Positions 12,454-25,139 of a stretch of 64,000 nt of DNA are shown here, in pieces. The position numbers were made by a program, and so were the translations under genes. The notes beneath the pieces were generated by a model. That model was given only the letters and a program-made list of their open reading frames with translations, made no database searches and was not told the origin of the DNA. This DNA is from Chiloscyllium plagiosum (lineage: Eukaryota). The stretch spans positions 46,728,230 to 46,792,229 of the forward strand of contig NC_057719.1 in assembly GCF_004010195.1 (NCBI RefSeq), read 5' to 3'. Positions within the stretch are counted from its first letter, which is position 1; the number at the start of each line of letters is the position of its first letter.

Positions 12454-14114
12454 AGTGCAGAATCCAGGCATGTCGGGTTATCAAACATTAACTGCATCCA
12501 CTTGTTGATTATCCGAGGTCATGTATCAACAGCAGCTCAGTCATACTCCCTGAATTATCTTCTGAATGTGCACAGTCCCAAGTACAAGGGATGAAGAGCA
12601 TAAGCTCGGGATACCATTAATGGTGCTATGTACTAATGTTCCTATTAAAAAAAGATGACAGGGTAAAAACTCTATTTACAACTCATAAACAGTACACAGT
12701 AAGTTCTATTAAAAAAACTTATTTCTGGTCACAAAATGGTGACATTTTAAAGATATAGTCTAGTAAATTTAGAGCAATAACCACTGCCAATTTAACTCCA
12801 TGTATAGCAAAACTAATCTGGGTGTGGCTGCTATTAAATGCAGCTGGAACTCTGCAATGGGCAAAAATGCTATGACTCTTTTCCCTCTAATATGCTCCAG
12901 ATGCTATATTCATTTGTATCTCAAATACTTCCCAACCCTTTAGTACTTTGTATTTAAACTAAAACAGCTCCGATTGCCACATCTAATAACCATCAGATTA
13001 CATATCAACACGTTTTTCTGTGCTTAAAACGTTGTTGCCACATTTGTGTCCATACATTAGATGTTTTTTCTCCAAGTACTGCTTTATAGTCATATCCAAA
13101 AGAAAATCTGGAATGTAAGACACATCCATCAATCCAGCCACTAGAAATGTCTGCATTATGATTACACCTTGCAAACACAAGGAATTTCCATTCTTAATTT
13201 GAATTGTAATTTGGGGATAAAAATTGGGACCACTACAAATCAAGTTCCCTACAAAAGGTTTGTTTTCATAGAAGATGACAAATATGCCAAAGTAAAAAAA
13301 GAGATTCAAAGCATTAAAAAAACAGTGCCAGTGCACAACCTATCAGGGCCAAATATGCCAAAGGGATCAGTCATCAGTACCACAGAGCGAGGAGTCAACC
13401 AGGCACCTCAATGGCCATGGCAGGTCAACCCCAGAGCAAAATCAGCCAGCTTGGAAATTAGTAACAGCTTTCAGGTCCCCTGCCAGAAGTTAATAGATAA
13501 TTAAACTATTTCGAATAATTAAGACTTGCATAATTTCTGACAGTCAAAATTCAGAGCTTCTTGCAAGGGAATGTTTGGCCATTATCCAGAGATTTTTTCA
13601 GATATTGCAAGAAAGATTTTTGGGTTTCTTGAGTATCCAAAATTTAGGTCCACTTCAGTGTAATATATTCATAGAGAACTCTCAGAATACACAGCTTTTG
13701 CAGATTAGAGACAATTATGATGTAATCAACCTATTTATGGCTTTCAATCAGGAGATACATCACTAAGTACTGTTCCTCAGGACTGTCCTTCCAGTTTCTG
13801 AACTTCTCTGTTAAGAAGACATCAACCGCGTTGTTTTTAAAATGCCAGCATATAGTTGGTCTCAATTAGCAGATGTCCCTTATCAGAAACAACTTTCAAA
13901 AAGGCTAATTCCCGAATTGAAGCAAATTGTTTCTCTCATTTCTGGAGATACAAAGTTGTCTTAAAGCATCAGGCATTTAGAATGTAGCCCTAGACTATAT
14001 TACAGTTTGAATTATTTGTCATATTTTGCAGTTATTAACTCACATTCCTCTGTGGGGTTTAGAATATTTAAATATGCATGCATCTCATTAAAATCCAACT
14101 TTACTTTGTTTCAT

Positions 14115-14600
14115 ACAGCCATTTACAGCATAGAAGAACCTTTGGTCCAATAGGTTTATGTTAGTTCCTCATGGAACTATCTTGTGAAAACCTTTCCCCA
14201 CTCAGCCACTATATGCAATGTTTATTTCCTTCAGGTGCCCATCCATTTTCCATTCAAAATCATTCATTGGTGTCATTTTCACTATCCTTGTGGTCAACCA
14301 TTTGCAGTTCATTTGCTCCCTAAAAAGAAGTTACTTCTGAAATATCCTCCCTGTCACTTGGCTGAAACTTTCAATCTGTGTCCCATAGTTTTTGACCATT
14401 AACTAATGGGATCTGCATTTCCCTTATCTACCTTATCCAAACTTGTCAGAATCTTGTGCACCTTTGTCAAATCTCCCTTCAATCTCCACTGCTCCAAGTG
14501 AACAAGCCCAGTTTTCCAACCGAAGCTTGGACTAATCTTCATGCCTGACGTCATTCTGGTAAGTCTCCTCTGTATATCCATGACAACCATACCCAGGGCA
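14115..14600 (-). mobile_element. Old CR1 LINE 3' fragment
   Basis: Minus ORF QRRLTRM...LEQWRLKGDLTKVHKIL. Confidence 0.75.
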
Positions 14601-14847
14601 AGATTCCCCAAGTTAGCATTGTTGTAGACAGGAGACCCAAAATCAAGTTCCTGAGTGAGGATGAATGAACTTGCTCCCGTTCCTTATTCATTTGTTCCCT
14701 CAGTTCCACACAAAGAGTTAATTGCTCCCTTGTGAAAACCTTCTTCTCGACCAAATTAATTTACATTTAAAATAATCCAATTAATCGGGTGTTCCTGAGT
14801 TAAAAAAAATGAGTAAGTTTATTAGTTGCTAAATGTAAGAAGAAATA

Positions 14848-15140
14848 ATACAGGTCAGGCATCCATTATCTGTCTGTCCAAAAACCAAAAAATCCTAAAA
14901 AAAGGTCTTTTCGGAAGCAGATCCAACAGAAAGTACAGACTCACCAAGTTCAGGTATGGTAGAAAAAGACTTCCCTTCCAGGTCTGTAGAGTCCCATATG
15001 CGTTAAGCTAAGCTATTTCCCAAGGGCCTGAACAACCCAAACAAACCCAAAAAAAATAGTAGGCTGGAAAACCAGAAATATCCTTGATCTGCAAATCAGT
15101 TGGTGTCGAGGTTTTCGATGAAGGATTCCTGACCTTTCAC
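14848..15140. mobile_element. Tc1/mariner (Tigger-like) MITE
   Basis: Left end ta-caggtcaggcatccattatc; right end gatgaaggattcctgacct is an imperfect inverted repeat of it. Confidence 0.55.
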
Positions 15141-15986
15141 TCAACACGCACAGACACAGATCACCAATCAGAATTCAATTTAAAAAAGATGTGATCAATT
15201 TTCAGATTCTTGGCTTGCCAGGTTGATTGAACTTCATTTGTCCTGTCTCTAATTGTCGAGCTTTGTGGTGAGCCGGCTTCTATTAGACTGAGGGTCTTTA
15301 CCTGAGATCCAGTGATAACCAGTGGCTGGCTCTCCGTCACCTTCAGAACATATAAGCACTTAAACACAAGCTAGTATCACAGCTCACTGGGATGCACGGG
15401 TACCACAGCTGACTGGCACACATGGGTACCACAGATCCCAGGAATACACGGGTACTACACCATACTGGGACACACAGGTACCACAACTCAGTGTGACACA
15501 TAGCTATCACAGCTCACCGGGACACACGGTTAATATCCTTGATCTGCAAATCAGTTGGTGTCGAGGTTTTAGATGAAGGATTCCTGACCTTTCACTCAAC
15601 ACGCACAGACACAGATCACCAATCAGAATTCAATTTAAAAAAGATGTGATCAATTTTCAGATTCTTGGCTTGCCAGGTTGATTGAACTTCATTTGTCCTG
15701 TCTCTAATTGTCGAGCTTTGTGGTGAGCCGGCTTCTATTAGACTGAGGGTCTTTACCTGAGATCCAGTGATAACCAGTGGCTGGCTCTCCGTCACCTTCA
15801 GAACATATAAGCACTTAAACACAAGCTAGTATCACAGCTCACTGGGATGCACGGGTACCACAGCTGACTGGCACACATGAATACCACAGATCCCAGGAAT
15901 ACACGGGTACCACACCATACTGGGACACACAGGTACCACAACTCAGTGTGACACATAGCTATCACAGCTCACCGGGACACATGGGT
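15077..15986. repeat. 455-bp direct tandem duplication (15077-15531 / 15532-15986)
   Basis: Identical ORFs at 15161-15367 and 15616-15822 (offset 455); only a few substitutions between copies. Confidence 0.92.
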
Positions 15987-17385
15987 ACCACAGCTCACTG
16001 GGACACACGGTTACCACACCTCACATGGAGACACGGGTACCACACCTCACTTGGACACACGGGTATCACAGCTCACTGGGACACAAGGGTACCACACCTC
16101 ACTTGGACACACGGGTATCACAGCTCACTGGGACACAAGGGTACCACACCTCACTTGGACACACGGGTATCACAGCTCACTGGGACACAAGGGTACCACA
16201 CCTCACTTGGACACACGGGTATCACAGCTCACTGGGACACAAGGGTACCACACCTCACTTGGACACACGGGTATCACAGCTCACTGGGACACAAGGGTAC
16301 CACACCTCACTTGGACACACGGGTATCACAGCTCACTGGGACACAAGGGTACCACACCTCACTTGGACACACGGGTATCACAGCTCACTGGGACACAAGG
16401 GTACCACACCTCACTTGGACACACGGGTATCACAGCTCACTGGGACACAAGGGTACCACACCTCACTTGGACACACGGGTATCACAGCTCACTGGGACAC
16501 AAGGGTACCACACCTCACTTGGACACACGGGTATCACAGCTCACTGGGACACACAGGTATCACACCTCACGTGGAGACACGGGTACCACACCTCACTTGG
16601 ACACATGGGTATTACAGCTCACTGGGACACACGGGTATGACAGCTCACTGGGACAGACGGGTATCACAGCTCACTGGGACACATGGATACCACAGCTCAC
16701 TGGGACACAGGGGTATCAGAGCTCACTGGGACACATGAGTACCACACCTCACTGGGACACACAGGTATCACACCTCACTGGGACACACGGGTACCACAGT
16801 TCACAGAGACAAATTGGTACCACACCCCACTGGGACACACAGGTATCACAGCTCACTGAGTCACACAGGTACCACACCTCACTGAGACACACGGGCATCA
16901 CAGCTCACTGGGACACACAGGTATCACAGCTCACTGGGACACACGGGTATCACAGCTCACTGGAACACACAGGTATCACAGCTCACTGGGACACACGGGT
17001 ACCACAGCTCACACAGGTATCACAGCTCACTGAGTCACACAGGTATCACAGCTCACTGGGACACACGGGCATCACAGCTCACTGGGACACACGGGTACGA
17101 CAGCTCACTGGGACACACGGGTATCACAGCTCACTGGGACACACGGGTACCACAGCCCACTGGGACACACAGGTATCACAGCTCACTGGGACATACGGGT
17201 ACCACAGCCCACTGGGACACACAGGTATCAAGCTCACTGGGACACATGGGTACCACAGCCCACTGGGACACACGGGTACCACAGCCCACTGGGACACACA
17301 GGTATCACAGCTCACAGGGACACATGGGTACCACAGCTCACTGGGACACACGGGCATCAGAGCTCACTGAGACACATGGGTACAA
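15825..17385. repeat. Minisatellite, 26-bp unit (GGGTATCACAGCTCACTGGGACACAC) with a 52-bp higher-order dimer at ~16035-16550
   Basis: acacaaggg recurs at 16081 and 16133; 52-aa periodic peptides in the ORF track; further degenerate units at ~15370-15530. Confidence 0.95.
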
Positions 17386-17399
17386 ACTGAAAGGATGTG

Positions 17400-18670
17400 G
17401 CATTTGCAGCAATCTTTAGCTGAAAATGTCAAGTGAACAATCAGCACAGTGTCCTTCAGTGTTCGCCAGTATCACAGATGCCAGTCTTCTACCAATTTAA
17501 TTCACTCCACGTGATGTCAGGAGATTCTTGGAATCGCTGGATACTACAAATGGTACGATGATTTATCTGCAATAGTTTTGAAGACGTATATTCCAGAATT
17601 TGCTGCATCACTAACCAAGCTGTTCCAGAACACTAAACCATTGGCATCTCTCCAACAATGGGGAACATTTCTCAATTCCATCCTGTTCACAAACAGTAAC
17701 TACAGCCAAATACCACCCCATCAATCTACTCATGATCATCAGTAAAGTGATAGAAGGTGTCATCAACAGTGATATCAAGCAGCACTGGCTTAACAAGGAC
17801 AAGGTCATTGATGTTCAGTTTCTTCTCTGCCAGAACTACTCAACTCCTCACCTCATTAAAGCCTTGGTTCAAACATGGACAATGATTGCACAATGTTCAA
17901 CACTATTTGTGACTCCTCAGATACTGAAGTAGTCCATGTTCAAATGCAATAAAATCTGGACAATATCCAGTTGTGGGCTGAAAACTGGTAAGTAACATAC
18001 AAGTGCCAGGCAATGACAATCTCTAACAAAAGAAAATGCAACCATTGCCCCTTAATGTCAAGGGACCTCAGCATCACCGAACAACCCATTATCAACAGCC
18101 TGGGGATACCATTGACCAGAAACTGAACTGTACTTGCCATATAAATAGAAGAGCAGGTCAGTGGCTAGGAATGCTGCAGCAAATAACTCACCTCCTGACT
18201 CCCCAAACCCTGTTCATCGTCTACAAGTCAGGAATAGTACCAAATACTCCCCACTTGCCTGGATGAATACAACTCCAACAACACTCAAGAAGCTTGACAG
18301 CATCCAAGCCAAAGCGACTTGCTTGATTGGCATCACATCCACAAACCTTCACTCCCTTCACCACTGACATTCGGTATCAGCAGTGTTTACTAACCGAACG
18401 ATGCACTGCAGAAATTCACCAAAGCACCTTAAAAAGTGCTATCCAAACCCAACGATCACTTCCATTGAGAAGGACAAGTGCAGCAAATACATGGGAATAT
18501 CACCACCTGCCAGTTCCCTCCCAACATGACTATCCTGAGTTGGAGATATATTACTGCTCCTTCAGTGTCGCTGTGCTAAAATCCTGGAATTCTGTCCCTC
18601 AGGGGCCTACCTTAGTGACTGCAGCAGTTCAGGAAGGCAGCTCACGACCACCTCCTCAATGGATAGGCAA
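17400..18670 (+). mobile_element. Decayed CR1/L2-clade LINE ORF2 (RT region and C-terminus)
   Basis: KYHPINLL-IISKVIEGVINSDIKQH; QVRNSTKYSPLAWMNTTPTTLKKLDSIQAKATCLIG. Confidence 0.75.
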
Positions 18671-18914
18671 TCGATTCAGGCCACAACCCATGAATTTCTC
18701 TCTGTCACAAGTTTCAATTATTCTCAAAAAATGCATTTCTCAAGATACAGGATATTAGTTTTCATGGAATAATGATAAGCAACCATGAGTTAAATTTATC
18801 CATATTGAGATTTGCTATAAAGATTGCAGATTGAACACAGTTCTAGGTGGTTGAAGAGGAGCAGCATTAATGAAAACTCAGCAGGTGTCCTATCACAAGT
18901 GTGGATTCACTGGT

Positions 18915-19137
18915 GGTAAAGTCACCACAGTCTTACTTGGTCTAGGGACTGTACTCATTCGAGAGTGATGACTGGCGATAGTTTTACCTGAGTGTTACCC
19001 CATCTCAGGCAGGGGCAAGTTTGAGAAGGAGAGTTCTTCATGGTAACCTCAGCCAGAGCAGGAATTGAACCCACACTGTTGGCATCACTCTGCATCATAA
19101 ACCAGCCGTCCAGCCAAATAAGCTGACCAACTGCCAT
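18915..19137 (-). mobile_element. tRNA-derived SINE
   Basis: Minus strand A-box-like cagcttatttgg, B box ggttcaattcc, then a non-tRNA body. Confidence 0.6.
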
Positions 19138-19609
19138 ACAGACAATAAAAAACAGAAATAAAAATTAAGGTTGAAAGAGAAAATCAAACCAACTGCCTAT
19201 TAGTTTTATGTACTTCATGCACAAGGGTGTCTTCAGTTTTTAAACACTGTTCACATCATAGACTCAAGGATAACTTATTCTGTGTAAACAAATGTCACAC
19301 CAAAAGACCAAAATGCTTCAAAAAGAATAATTTGCTATTTTGTTTTTGATAGATGCAAAAGGTTAGTAAATGAACCAAGCACATGTATCTATTGGAGTCT
19401 AAAGGGACAGATCCCTGTGTAGCTCACTTATGTCTCTGGCATTTATTACAGAAAGATTCATAGAAGTCCAGCTGTAGCTTTGTTGCAATCACTTGTATGA
19501 ATATAGGGCTATTCCCCACAATGCCCAGAGAGACTGTAAGGAGCTGAAGCCAAAACAATTACAACCCACATGATATATGGAATGTACTATACAGAGCAAT
19601 GTTGCAAAG

Positions 19610-19895
19610 AAACTAATATAAGAATATGAAAAATATGAAAGAAGTAGGCCATATGCCTCATTCAATAAGATCACGGTTGCTCTGATATTGGTCTTAACTC
19701 CATCCTTTCCTGTCTCTCCCATAGCCCTTCACTTTTTAATAGTTGAATAATCTGTTTCTCTCTGCCTTGAATATATTCAGTGACTGAAACAACACAGTTC
19801 ACATCACAGAATTACAAAGATTAACAATCTTCTAAGAGAAGAAGTTACTTCCAGTCTCTATCTTAAATCGAGAAACTTTTCTGAAACTGTGCCTC
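19610..19895 (-). mobile_element. Old CR1 3' UTR fragment
   Basis: gaaagaagtaggccat...tctctgccttgaatatattcagtgac; similar to the 33075-33300 tail. Confidence 0.6.
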
Positions 19896-19898
19896 CTG

Positions 19899-19985
19899 AT
19901 GTGTGTGTCTGTGTCTGTGTGTGTGTGTGTGTGTGTGTGTCTGTGTGTGTGTGTGTGTCTGTGTGTGTGTGTGTCTGTGTGTGTC
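19899..19985. repeat. (TG)n/(TGTC) microsatellite
   Basis: Direct reading. Confidence 0.98.
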
Positions 19986-20337
19986 GGGAGGTGGTTGGGG
20001 GGGGCCAAGCTATTTTCTCAGTGTCGACCCTGCGACACCCCTCAAGTATCCTCAGCCTCTTCCTCATGTTCCCACATCCAGCAGATCGCCTTGTTGCCTG
20101 CTCCAATTGTGCAGAGACTGGACATCAAAAACATGTGGCCAACTCTCTCTGGTCTATACTGGAACACCCCATCCCCACCCTCGACAGTGCTCCAGATGTA
20201 GGAATCATGGCTGTATGGGCATGCATTGTCAGAAGGTGCTAACAGTGATCACAGCTCACCAATATGTTAATTGAATGGAATCCCTTCCTGCTGATGAATT
20301 CTGTGATGTTGTGATATAGCCCTCTCAGTGTCATGTG

Positions 20338-20434
20338 CTTCCTGAAGAAGGGCTTATGCCCGAAACGTCGATTCTCCTGTTCCCTGGATGCTGCCTGACC
20401 TGCTGGGCTTTTCCAGCAACACATTTTCAGCTCC
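20338..20434 (+). mobile_element. Short Penelope pLTR insertion starting at its hammerhead motif (20342-20369)
   Basis: cCUGAAGA-A-GGGC-uuau-GCCC-GAAA-C-GUC; gtcatgtg on both flanks (TSD). Confidence 0.75.
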
Positions 20435-20559
20435 GTCATGTGTGTGTAGTCAACGGCACCCTCCTCCTGGGGGAAGCCAGCTACGTTTCCGAATCTGAGT
20501 TCGTTTCAAGTGGGAAATTAGTGCGAAAGGGTGACAGAGATGCTTTAACTCATGTGTAC

Positions 20560-21215
20560 TGGATAGCGAAGAAGGCATTTGGTACGCTTGCTTTCACAGG
20601 TCAATCCATTGAATATAGGAATTAAGAGGTCATGTTGAAGCTGTACAGGACATTGGTTAGGTCACTTTTGGAACACTGTGGTCTGGTCTCCTACTGTAGG
20701 AAGGATGTTGTGAAACTTGAAAGGGTTCAGAAAAGATTTACAATGATGTTGCCAGGGTTGGAGGGATAGTGCAACAGGGAGAGGCTGAATAGGCTGGGGC
20801 TATTTTCTCTGGATTGTCAGAGGCTGAGGGGGGACCTTATAGAAATTTATAAAAAACATGAGGGGCATGGATAGGGTGAATAGTAAAGGTCTTTTCTCCA
20901 GGGTAGGAGAATCCAAAATCTAGACGGTATAGATTTAAGGTGAGAGGGGAAAGATTTAAAAAACACCTAAGGTGCAACTTCTTCACGCAGAGCGTGGTAC
21001 GTGTTTGGAATGAGCTGCCAGAAGAAGTGGTAGAGGCTGGTACAATTACAACATTTAAAAGGCATCTGGATGGGTATATGAATAGGAAGGGTTTATAGGG
21101 ATATGGGCCAAGTGCTGGCAAATGCGATTAGATTAATTTAGGATATCTTGTTGGCATGGGTGAGTTGGACCGAAGGGTCTGTTTTCATTTGTATAGCTCT
21201 ATGACTTTATGGCTC
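20560..21215 (+). mobile_element. CR1 LINE (HER1-like) 3' fragment
   Basis: KKAFGTLAF...; same 3' UTR as other copies; ctctatgactttatg tail. Confidence 0.9.
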
Positions 21216-21998
21216 TGTAAGAGGTAAATTCTCCAGAGTGAGGTGCGAGTGAGAGAGACTAACAGTGGAGTGAGATCTTAGCGAGGATAACATTAACTAT
21301 GCTGTGTTTGGTGAGGCAACCTAAATTGGGAGAAAAAACAGGCAAGGGTAATGATCTTTGAAATGTAGCCCCTGCTTCAAGTGTGTATAGGGATGGGAAG
21401 TAAAGGATGTGGTTTAGCTGTGAAATGACCCTGTTGACTTTCTGGTCTAGACTCAGAAGAATGATTGGTTGGAAAGCACCAGAGGAAAGCCACTACCCAC
21501 TGCACTGTACCCCACCAAATAGTCTTCCCTTCTTTTGCATTTGGCTGTACATTTGAGGATGAAGGTCAAAATCATTTCATACTTTTGTATGTCTTCCTGA
21601 TAGACTTTGTTTGGATTGGGCAGTAGAAAGATACTCATTTCACCTCTTGCATGTTCCAACCACCAAAAGCAACTATTTAAATGGAGGTTTGGTGAGTAGA
21701 CTGCAGCTGTGCATTCCCGACCACCATCAATATGACTCAGTTTCCCAAGCACAAAATAGGAGTCCTTCACACGGCAGCCTCATTGTCAAGCTAATCCACT
21801 CAGTCTGTCTGGAAATATAGAAAAGATTATCTTAAGTGTTTTTACATTTTAACAAAATGGGAAAATAATTAAGAACCAAAATCCTAATTAACGTATATCT
21901 TTTTGCAAACAAACTAATATAATTTCTAAACTAAAAATGTAACAAACCCATTAGCAATAAAACCCCACATTGAGCAAAGGTGTCCCATGGATATTTTG

Positions 21999-22698
21999 TC
22001 TTATGAAGATGTGGGTGTACTGTACCTTTAAGAGAATTAAAAGTTTGTAGAACTACCTGACACAGCACCAACTGTTCTGAATAAGGTAACAATGTAACAC
22101 TTGGTCGAAAGCTAGATTAGTTGGGTTACCTGGAGATGACAAAACAAAGTATAATTTGGTTTCAATTATACCCCCAAAATACCAAACTCCAATCAAGTAT
22201 GAATTGAGTGTATTGACAATCTCAAAAGCCAATGACACAATCTGATGCTTTGGGCTATAAGACCAGGGAAAACTGAACAGTTGAGAGGAGAACTGCCAAG
22301 CTACCAGCATGTGCCAACTGCCTGGAGAATAGCTCTCTTAAATACCTTTATCGATTACTAACCTGTGAAACAGAAATCTCTAAGAAGAAGAAAAGAACAT
22401 CAAGGAAGAGAAGATTTAACATCTGTCTAGTTTTGCAAACTTGAATTTTTCGTAAATCTTAATCGGGGGTTTTAACAGACTAGTATTGTAGAAGGGGAAG
22501 GTAAAAGATAGGTTAGAGGAAGGGGTTGTAAATAGTTGTTAGTTAATTATTCTCTGTTATACCTTAAGAAATAAAGTTGTTAATTTTTATTTTAAATAGT
22601 TCTTGGCCTCTCAAATTTTCACAGATTACAGCACAGGATAAATCTTTCCTGTGTTGCAGGTTTAAATTAAGCTGGAGGGTTTACCCTGTGATGTAACA
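21999..22698 (+). repeat. 5' LTR of the Gmr1-like element
   Basis: Begins t(c)ttatgaag (decayed TGTTA), ends tgtaaca, AATAAA near 22569, PBS follows 3 nt later. Confidence 0.7.
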
Positions 22699-22701
22699 GC
22701 T

Positions 22702-22721
22702 TGGGGGCTCGTCATTGGGAT
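22702..22721 (+). promoter_or_regulatory. Primer-binding site complementary to the 3' end of tRNA-Pro
   Basis: tgggggctcgtcattgggat versus canonical PBS-Pro TGGGGGCTCGTCCGGGAT. Confidence 0.85.
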
Positions 22722-22882
22722 TTGAACTGGTTTAGACAGATTTGAATAGATTTAGGGGTACGGAAAATCCAAGCAGATTTAGACACTTGCAGGTTAGTGT
22801 CCTAGATCTTTAAATAAAATGTAAGTGAGACAATTTGTTTAATTTTAGTAACTTGTGGTTGATTGAATTAAAAGTGATAGAA

Positions 22883-24830
22883 GTGGCTCTTAAAATTTGT
22901 AAAGAGGTTCTGGGATTTGAGGATGATTTTCAAATGTGCCAAGAAAGTTTAGAAGGAAAGAAAAAGGTCATACTTTTAGAATTGCAAATAAGTTACATTT
23001 GGTATTAACTGAGGACAAAAGTAAAGCTGAAATTGTAAGGGAATTACTCAAACACTTAGGTATGTCAAAGAAACAGACCAGTGCAGTAGAGGTAGAAAAA
23101 CGTAAATTATAATTGAGGAAAATGGAGTTAGAAGATAAAGAGACAGAGCGGAAAGAGAGACGGAGAGAGAAAAAGAGAGAAGAGAGAGAGAAGAAAAAGA
23201 GAGGGAGGAAAAAGAGAGNNNNNNNNNNNNNNNNNNNNNNNNNNNNNNNNNNNNNNNNNNNNNNNNNNNNNNNNNNNNNNNNNNNNNNNNNNNNNNNNNN
23301 NNNNNNNNNNNNNNNNNNNNNNNNNNNNNNNNNNNNNNNNNNNNNNNNNNNNNNNNNNNNNNNNNNNNNNNNNNNNNNNNNNNNNNNNNNNNNNNNNNNN
23401 NNNNNNNNNNNNNNNNNNNNNNNNNNNNNNNNNNNNNNNNNNNNNNNNNNNNNNNNNNNNNNNNNNNNNNNNNNNNNNNNNNNNNNNNNNNNNNNNNNNN
23501 NNNNNNNNNNNNNNNNNNNNNNNNNNNNNNNNNNNNNNNNNNNAGAGTGAAAAGAAAGGGAGAGAGAAAGAGAGAGAGAAGAAGAGAGACGAAAAGAGAG
23601 AGAATATGAACTTGAGAAGTTGCTACTTAGTCAGCAAAGTCAAGTTAACAGGATGGAGATTAAAATAGAAGGTAGTGATATATACAAATATGTCAAAACT
23701 CTGTGACATGCCCATTCAGACTAAACTGGTAGGCACAGCAAGTGAGGTATTTGCCATTCTGTCAGATGAGGGGCCAAGAGATTATAAAGAGGTTAAACAG
23801 GCTATTTTAAGTGCTTAAGAATTAGTACCAAAAGTGTATAGACAGTGGCTCAGAAACACAAAGAAGGAACCAGGTCAGACTTATGTTGAGTTTAAAAGAA
23901 TTAAGCATTGTCATTTTGATTGATGATTTTAAAATAGATAAGACCTTTGAGGCTCTGCAAGAGATTATTCTGCTGGAGGAGTTTAAAAACTCACTTCCAG
24001 AGATGGTAAGAATTCGCTTGGAGGAACAGAACGTTCAGGAATTGAGAAGGGCTGCAGAATTAGCAGATGAATACATGTTGGTGCATAAGACAAGCTTTCG
24101 GCTAGAATTTCATCCTGGGACGGATAGAAGTTGGGAGAAGGGGGAGATCCTACACTATGAAACCAAGAGTAAAGAACACTGGTAAGAATTTACCAGAGGA
24201 TAAAAAAGAAACCCAAGATAGTGGAAAGGAGGTGAAAGGCCTCAGGTGTTTCCACTGTGGTAAAGTGGGACATATAAAGACACAGTCCTGGTTGTTAAAG
24301 AAAGGCACTGTGGGTAAGGATGTGGTAAAAGAAGCTAAGCCAGTGGCATTAGTAAAGGTCGTAAAAGAGACCCCAAGAAGAGCTGAGGAGCTGCAGGAGA
24401 GTGCACAGCCGAGGCAGGGTCTGGGTATGGAGTTAGTACCTGATCTTGACAAAGAATTCACCTCTGTGGGTAAAGTTTACTCAGAAAAAACTGGGGGAGA
24501 AGGACAAGAAGTTATAATTTTGATATATGTAGGATCTAACCAGTCGTTGATAGCAAGGAATGAGTGAATATGCACTTTTTCTGATCTGTTACCCGAGAGT
24601 GTAGTAATTTGTGGGATAGATGCACAGACATTTAGTGTTCCCCGATGTAAGATCAGGTTGGAGTGCCAACTCAAGACTGGGGAAGTTACAGTGGGAGTGA
24701 TTGACAGAGTGTCAGTTCCAGGAATTCAGTTTGTTCTTGGGAATGATTTGGCAGGATCCAAGGTGGGAGTGTTACCCCTTGTTGTGGAGAAGCCCAAGGA
24801 AGACCAAGAAGCTGAGGAGTTAAAACGGAA
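22883..24830 (+). pseudogene. gag: gag (E/R/K-rich segment, SCAN-like capsid CTD, zinc knuckle) and aspartic protease remnant
   Basis: EIILLEEFKNSLPEMVRIRLEEQNVQELRRAAELADEY; CFHCGKVGHIKTQSW; IILIYVGSNQSL (decayed ILRDTGAxQS); FVLGNDLAG. Confidence 0.8.
23219..23543. other. Assembly gap (N-run) inside the purine-rich gag segment
   Basis: Run of n. Confidence 1.
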
Positions 24831-25139
24831 ATATCCTGGTATTTTCTCAAACTGTGTAGTAACCAGATCCCACTATCATAAGTCGCTGCATGAAGCGAAA
24901 TGTAAATAGAAAGGTGAAGGAGTTAAGGTTCAGTTAGCAGACACCCTGTATGACGTAATGGTGCAGGAAAACCCCAACAGGCAGAGGGTCAGACAGAAGT
25001 GTTTAGTCCTGAAAGGCTAAGGGGTTTGCAACTGCAAAAAGATATATATGTGGATGCGGACTCTGAAAAGGAGGCAGGGAATATTCTGGAGAGTTATTAT
25101 CTGAAAGACAGAGTCCACGACAGGTTAGTGCAGAGCAGA

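Noticed and set aside
13169..13504. 111-aa plus-strand ORF (also 38717-38986 and 41884-42183)
   Set aside because: Non-ATG starts, no recognisable homology; lengths compatible with chance
15302..15340. WD40-like peptide VTESQPLVITGSQ as an exon of a WD-repeat gene
   Set aside because: Too short, weak acceptor, no compatible downstream exon found
15948..17370. Long His-rich ORFs (230, 237, 439 aa) as a real gene
   Set aside because: Fully explained by a stop-free minisatellite unit read in three overlapping frames
15825..17385. CRISPR-like array
   Set aside because: Contiguous tandem units with no unique spacers, no cas genes, vertebrate context
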